Below are positions 56,825 through 64,000 of a stretch of 64,000 bases of DNA, in pieces. The notes beneath the pieces are model-generated. The model saw nothing but the letters and a program-made list of their open reading frames with translations. It was not told the DNA's origin and ran no database searches. This DNA is from Auanema rhodensis (Eukaryota > Animalia > Nematoda), in assembly GCA_964057225.1 (NCBI GenBank), contig OZ059897.1, positions 14,756,001 through 14,820,000 of the forward strand. Direction: 5' to 3'. Both the position numbers and the translations under genes were made by a program. The first letter of the stretch is position 1. The number at the start of each line of letters is the position of its first letter.

Positions 56825-59062
56825 TTCCTGAAAAAAAAACCTATTGCCAGATAAGAACAGCAAAGAGAATGAAGAAACTAGACAATACGAATGGAAAAAT
56901 TACACAGCAACGTTATTACATAGTATTGACTTCAAATAGAACTCGTTGAATATCGGAAATTACATATATAAGGGAAGTAATGATAAATTAACAGAACAGA
57001 CAAAATACAAACTAGCTATGTTCTCTCAATAAGATCAAGTATTTCAAAGTAAATGTTTCAGCTTTTCCGGATCAGAACAACAGTACACTACTCAACAACT
57101 TAACACAAAAGTAATTAGAAATGCATACTTCAAATTCGATCAATGAACTAATGATACAACCTCAATAGAATGAAGAATGTTAAATTTGAAACACTCGATA
57201 CTTTATAAACTAAAGTTATTGGCTGGCCATATGGGTTGTCAGATAAAAAGATATCATGCCACATGTACATAATGAATAAAAATGAGATACAAAAAACATA
57301 ATTAAAACCAAAAATTAACATGTGGTTAAGATGAAACAAGGTGAAATCCTCTATTTTCAAATTAACAGTGGAGCAGCTCAGATTTGCCACGTCGGCGAAT
57401 ATAGTTTAAACATTGGTCAAACGATTATGTTTAGACACCAAACCCCAAAGTACTACCTATATAACAAGAAAGGCAAAAGGAACGTTTAAAAGAAGTTTGT
57501 ACGGAACGTGTTCTTAAATGAACATGGGATTGGTTTTCAATCAATCGCTATCATTGTACGGCATTTTTTGTGTTTTAAATTCTCATAAAACAGTGGACAA
57601 CTTAACAGTTTAGATAAAAACTGCACATTGGATAAACGCAAAAATTTGATAAAGAAAGCAATCGTATGAGCTCATTGATGCCTTCGAATTATCGTTTTTT
57701 TTTTCAAATAAGATAACATTAACTCTTTGCATTTATTTCATTTACACATTATGAATTCACTCGTCGTAAATCGTACAATCCTCTTAAAGATATGAAATTG
57801 TAAAACGGTTTCAAGAAACGCACAACAATCACGAACGAGAGCAGAAGGAGAAACTAAAGGAATAAGCAGGAAGGCTCTGACGTGAGGAAGTTCATTTTCT
57901 CTACGATGTACAAAGAAATGAGAAAATAGGAGGAGTTAGAGGCAGTTGGCTATCCTGTGCACTTATGTTCCTCTGATTGCTCTATGGAGTCAAAACTGTG
58001 AGGTTGACTTCATAGAACGACCAATTTTAAATAGGAGCCTCAAGAGAGATAGATGATCTCAAATAAAATTGATCTGTAAAGAAAAATAAGTAAAAATAAG
58101 AAAGAATAAATAGTAGTAGATGAAGAGGAAACACGTGAAGAAAAATAAACTAAAGTTTCTTTACTATTTGGCAAGAGAAATAACAAATATTGGAAAAATT
58201 TGAAATAAAACGTTGAGTAGAAAATTTTCTCTCGACTGATGTATAATCTTTAGCCAACATTTTTATGCGTTATGCGAAATGTGAAGTTTTGATTAAAATC
58301 AATAAAATGACCAAATACAATTGTATGAAGGAAATTGCGCAAACTCAATCTAGCAGTTATAAACACAACTAATTCATATCAGAATTGCTTCCTCACGAGT
58401 TCATTAGTATAATAGATGTAGCTGTAAAATCAATGACAGCGTTGATCTGGTCTGGACAATGATGTTTCAAAAATCATTGTCCCACGAAAAGACTAGTTGA
58501 ATCAGAACGCGCAAGAAGTATGACCTTACGGACCTACAAAGAACAAGCAAAATATATTTCAACACAACGGCGGACTGTTCCAACTTTGTTTTAATGATCG
58601 GTTTATCAAAAGAAAAAAATTAAATTCAGATAAATGAAGACATCAAAATAACACACCGTCAAATGAGACAGCACAGATGGAGCGACAAAATAGTGGAGGA
58701 TATGTGCATGTTTCTTCAATCGATAACTAGAGTTGACATGCAAATCATAACCCATACTTAATTCGTTGTATTTCTTTATATATGCAACAGTTATTAATAT
58801 ATGATTAATAATGTATAAAAAAAATAATTTATTAAATCTCTTCAAAAATTAAACATTAAAAGACAAAACTAGCGATATATCATAAATCTTCAAAAGAATG
58901 TGTTTGGCACTTGAAATGCAAGCTTGATATATTTCTCAGAAAATGAAATCCCTTTCTCATACACCCAATATAACTCTTAAAAAACTAAGTAACATAAGAA
59001 TGACTGTTCTCTGTGATTGAACTATTGAACTGGCGGAATACGTAAAGTACATTCAACTAGTC

Positions 59063-60750
59063 CTATTGACTCAAAGCTGTAATGTTCGTTAAAACGTCTC
59101 TTCCTATGATAAGTCTCATCATTTCGTTGGTTCCTTCAATTACTTGATGAGTCTGAAAAGCAAAATATGACAAATTTCAAAGTTCAATAGAAGCATATGA
59201 ATGAATAAACTAATTTCTTACTCTAGCATCTCTAATGTATTGTTGCATAGGATAATCTTTCAAAAGACCGTAACCACCAAACATTTGTATAGCCCCATTG
59301 ATAACCTGAATTAAGAGTACTTAAGAAACATAATAATTAGATTACCTCAAAGCAATTATCAGTAGCATGAAGCTTAGCCATAGCACAGAGAGCAGTCTTA
59401 TGAAGGGTGTCGTTATCCAAATGATTAGCAGCATCACGAACAAGCAGCCTGAATTATACCTCAGAAATTATAGTTGAACAAATACTGATTACCTGCTTGT
59501 ATAAAGTTTGGTTGCCAATTCGGCTAATTTGAATTGATTCCATTGGAAATCAGACAATGTCTTCCCAAAAGCTTTTCTGACTTTCAAATGATCAACAGCC
59601 AAATCGAAACTTTGTTGTGCGGCTCCAAGGGAGCAGCTAGCAACATTAAGTCTCCCACCATTAATCGCAGTCATTGCAATTGCAAAACCTTGATTATCTC
59701 CTCCGATTTGGTTGGCAACGGGAATCTACAATATATACAGGGTACTAGTTGAATCATTGTATTATGCACCTTGCAGTCTTCAAAACTAATAATTCTAGTA
59801 GGCTGAGTGCACCATCCAAATTTATGTTCTTTCTTTCCAAGACTGAATCCTTCTGTTCCATCTTCGACAAGTAAACAGAAAATTCCCTTGGCCCCGGGTT
59901 GTCCTTCATGTCTCATCATAACAAGATAACTAAAATTATTTGGATTAGTATCAATTCATTTCAGAAAAGTAAACTTTTTGGTGTCTCCGGCACCACTGAT
60001 AAAAGCTTTCGATCCGTTAACAACATAATAGTCTCCTTCTCGTTTAGCTGTACAACGAAGAGCAGCGGCATCGGATCCTAAAAAATTTGAAATATCTCAT
60101 ACATATTAGTTTGACTTACCAGCATCGGGTTCAGTTAAACAGTACGATCCTAAATCTTCAAATGTGCACATAGAAGGTACATATTTTTGTCTCTGTTCTT
60201 CGTTTCCGAAAACATCAATCATCCAAGCACACCTATAAGATCCACGTTATTTTATTTTCAGAACAGCATTTAAAAACTAACATATTATGAATACTCATGT
60301 AAGCTGCGGTAGAAGTGCATCCGATAGCCAATTGTTCGAAAATTACCGAAGCGTGAAGGCGAGATAGCCCAGAGCCACCAACATCATCACGGGTATAAAT
60401 TCCACCAAAACCTAATTCTCCAGCCTTTTTCAAGACATCTAACGGAAGATGTTCCTAAAAAATTGCATTCCATACATTCTTGTTGTGAATATTCCAGTAT
60501 GATAACAAAAATTAAACTTACGTCTCTATCCCATTCATACATCTTAGGGTACATCTCTTTCAAAGCAAAATCTTTGGCTACTTTTTGCATTTCTACTACA
60601 TCAGGAGAAAGACCGATAGCAGCTGAAATATGTTTTAACTATAACATTTTTACTTCAAATTTGGAACTCACGATCAACACAATAACTGTGAACTGATCTT
60701 CCTAAAATATTGACTACCTTAGAGGCACGGGAAACATGACGAGACAGCAT
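59063..60750 (-). CDS. acdh-9: Isobutyryl-CoA dehydrogenase (ACAD8-type acyl-CoA dehydrogenase)
   Basis: [73 protein letters not shown]. Confidence 0.88.
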
Positions 60751-61428
60751 TCTAAATGGTTTGAGCTATTAAACACACAACTCAAGAAGCTAAGTAACAA
60801 AAGGCATTTAACATTTTGAAACAAAAAATAATAAACTAAATAATTCTTTATTGAACTAAAGCATTTCAATAACATTTGTGAACGTAAGAAGTAACCAATA
60901 TAAAGTTTACAAATATTTTCAGTCCTTATATCGCCAAAAAGTTTTTTTAACAATTTGCTAGTTTGATAAGAATTGCATTAGTGCTCCTATCTCAAGTTTA
61001 TAAAACCAAAAAACCTTCTCTATGATCATCAACTTTGCTCATTTAATGTTCAGACAATTCATAAGCGTTTAGTTTTCTTGAGAGAAAAAGAGAGAACAAA
61101 GTCAACATATGATAAAGCAGTCTTAAAACGAAATCAATGAGCTTCACGTGTACTTTACAAAAAATAAAATTAGACTTATACCTCGAGTCTTGAAAACGTT
61201 CCGAACTAAGCAATCTTGATTTACAATTCGTGCTGAAACTATAAAGTACAGAATAATCCTGAAGAATAATGTATTGAACAAATTTAACAACGATATCCAC
61301 GTTTTAGGAAGAGATCAGAAATAAGAACAAAGGGCGCATGATTTATATTAAACTTGTTTCAAATACACGTTTCGTTGAAGGTGGTAACCGAGATATCTCA
61401 GCAACAAAGTTATTGCTTCAGAGTTTGT

Positions 61429-63900
61429 TTACACTCCACTAACTGTAGAATTTGCCAGTCGGAGCAGTAAGAGACGTTGCATATTCGTCATCTGAAGGTT
61501 TAATTTCCAAAAAAAAACGATATAAGTTATCATACCATTTGTTCTTCCATTTCGTTCTCTTCTGATAACATATCAAAGCATTTGTATCGTTTGAAGAATA
61601 CAATCAACTGCACAATAGTTTCTTTAGATATTTTCACACGCTAAATAAGAACAGTATTTTGAAAAATTAATAAGTCTAACTTACATCTTGAACTTCTCCT
61701 AATATAAACATTAAATGACCAAATAATACTTTATGGAATGCTGAAGGGACATCGGGAGAAAGAACAAGAGGAACAAGTACCTTAGGAGCAAAATAAAAAA
61801 AAGTTCCTAAGCGTTTGATTTACCTGTGTTGCTGTGGAAACATCTCCTTTTTGTAAAGCAGTGTGGAAACGATAATACCCATATAAGAACGATAAGGAGG
61901 GTGAAAGAAGAAGAAGTTTATCCAGATGTTCTAACATGGCAAGATTGGCTATTTGTATTTCCGTTGCATTCCAAACAATACTATAAACGAACTGGTTGAG
62001 GATGTATAAAATAAAATTACTAACTGATGAACAGCTGTATCCAGGGTTTTTCGTTTTCCTCCTCTCAAAGCCCAACTTAAAGCTGCTCCCCAGTTTCCGG
62101 CTCGGAGATGTCTAGTATATTTAGTTGATGCAAGCACTTATACTAATGTATACCTGTATGTTAAAGTGTTTATAACACAGTTCCTAGATTCTTCAAGATC
62201 GTTGTCAACGCATAAATGAAGAAGCTAAAATGCTCAAACTGCAGACAAACTTTTGAATAGTCTAACCTTCTCTGCCTTTGCCTCATCTTCTATATCCATA
62301 CTGAGAATATGACTCTCTATTCTTAGCTTTCCTTCTACACCACATTCCAGCAGATAAGAGAATCCTATTTCCCACAAGCTTAATACAAAAATAAAAACAG
62401 GGACCATAAGTTAAACAAACCAGCTATGAGTAACTAAGCTTGACCCATACTTCAGTAATAACCTATTTCTAAGTTCTTGAATTGGTTGATCGTAATCCTC
62501 GCATGAAAACATTGTTTCAACAAGGTGAACACTGAGCCAAGGATTAGTGATCATATTCTATATAATAATATAGAATTAATTAGTTTGAATTACTGTATAA
62601 TGAACCTGTAGAATGCTCACATCACCTAAGTTGAAAATAGCCATAAACGGATCAAACTCAATATCATCATTCATGTTGTTTTTTTGGAAATATTGCAGAC
62701 ATTCCTGGAAATATAGCAACCTTTTAAAATCTTCATACTACATTATGTACATCAGCGATTGGTCCGAGGGCATTATAAGGAACAGTAGCATACTTAGAAA
62801 AAACGTAGAGAGGCATCAATTGCCACCATTCATCAAGGATGTTCGTTGCCAATCGGGAAAACACCTGTTTATTCATTATAAGTACATATAGCAATCAAAT
62901 ATCCAAACCCTTTCATCGCCAGCAAGGCATCTGCTTAAGAAGCCAATATTCTTATTTTCAGTAAATTGCTTAGTGGATAACAGTGAGGATAAATCTTTTT
63001 TCCAAGATTCGAGTTTGTTTTGCTGAAAACAAATGATAATATGGAAAACATGTGAATAAAGTCATACCTTTGAAACATCAAGAAGCCAGTCAATGTTGAA
63101 TTTTTCTAAATGAGAAATGAATATAGCTACTGCTGGATCATTTTTCATTGGAGATAAAAGACGTATACAATCATCAAATTTTAATGCAGCAACATTTAAA
63201 ACTACCTAAATTATAAACAAATAAAATTGAATATACACCTACAACTTACAGCTTTCCAAAACACACCGTGACCTACGCCTAAGCCATTTGCGATTTCATC
63301 AGTAGCTTCATTTGTTACAATTTGCACGAAGTTAAAGGTATCGTGAGCCCAAAGAATTAAATCATAAGATATAGGAGTATCTTAAATATATAAAGATAAA
63401 TATATATATATATATATACCATGAACAAACCTCCAGCTTTCAAAAACATAGTTTCAAAGAGACTCCATAACGCGAAATCTCTAATAAGAGTATCATCGGG
63501 ATTTGTATCGTCCGCAGCTCCTCGAAGTATGGAACGGTAACTACGCGAAACCGAAAGTGTGCTGAATAATTAAACACATTAGTGTTAAAGAATATATGTT
63601 ATTACTAGTCGGAGTTTAATTTTCCAGTGGTTAGTTTCACCCTTCGTGCTTCATCGAAAACCACATGCATTTCCACAATCAGTCGTCTCACAAGGGGTTG
63701 AGCATATAACTCTTTTTCAATAGATCTACAGCTATATAAACCTAGAAACTTTCCGGATACAGGATCTATAACAATAAATTACTAAACGTCTTCAATATGC
63801 TCTTACTATTTTCTGTGTCCCTATTCGAGACGCTGGAAACAGCGAATAACTGTGCCGCATTATCCGTTGAAACTGAGATATGATATGCGTTTTTATTCAT
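61429..63900 (-). CDS. npp-2: Nucleoporin Nup85 (Y-complex)
   Basis: TTTCAG-G-ATG at 63900; SVSRSYRSILR, LSILAGD, WYFLVPFILD (MNGGN-adjacent helix), LWEIGFSYL, GNWGAALSWALR; ends LLLRLANSTVSGV*. Confidence 0.78.
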
Positions 63901-64000
63901 CCTGAAATAACAAAGCAGCTTTGTGTATTTTAAAAAAAAGTAAAGCTGACAAGAACCATCATTAAATTTTTGAATGTTATAACTATAATCTTTAAACGAA

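Noticed and set aside
60751-61428. npp-2 to acdh-9 operon
   Set aside because: The gap of ~680 bp contains GATA and E-box motifs suggesting an independent promoter; the evidence is insufficient.

Overview
AT-rich eukaryotic genomic DNA from a rhabditid-type nematode: dense genes with ~40-55 nt GT-AG introns and TTT(C/T)AG acceptors, so the ORF track shows mostly exon fragments or noise. Gene order: eat-3/OPA1 (-, runs off the left edge), intronless TMEM41B (-), rab-39 (+), wdfy-2 (-), csa-1/ERCC8-like WD40 gene (+), a large cam-1/ROR receptor tyrosine kinase locus (+), a second Ig-less cam-1 copy (+), a 4-TM tetraspanin-like gene (+), a U3 snoRNA with an unassigned small-RNA unit behind a near-identical promoter (-), nphp-1 with an X-box (+), a single-Ig gene (-), a peroxisomal ABCD3/pmp gene (-), acer-1 (-), acdh-9/ACAD8 (-) and npp-2/Nup85 (-). 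Two observations stand out. (1) cam-1 has been split into two genes. The second lacks the Ig domain, has its own 7.3 kb upstream region, and is heavily diverged in its first ~70 coding nt but ~99% identical over the next 3.6 kb, which suggests an old duplication kept homogeneous by gene conversion. (2) A 45-bp promoter-like element shared with U3 sits in front of a ~110-nt self-complementary sequence that I cannot assign to a known RNA family. Gene identities rest on motifs I recognised and on recalled protein sequences, not on database searches. Exon boundaries were inferred by eye.
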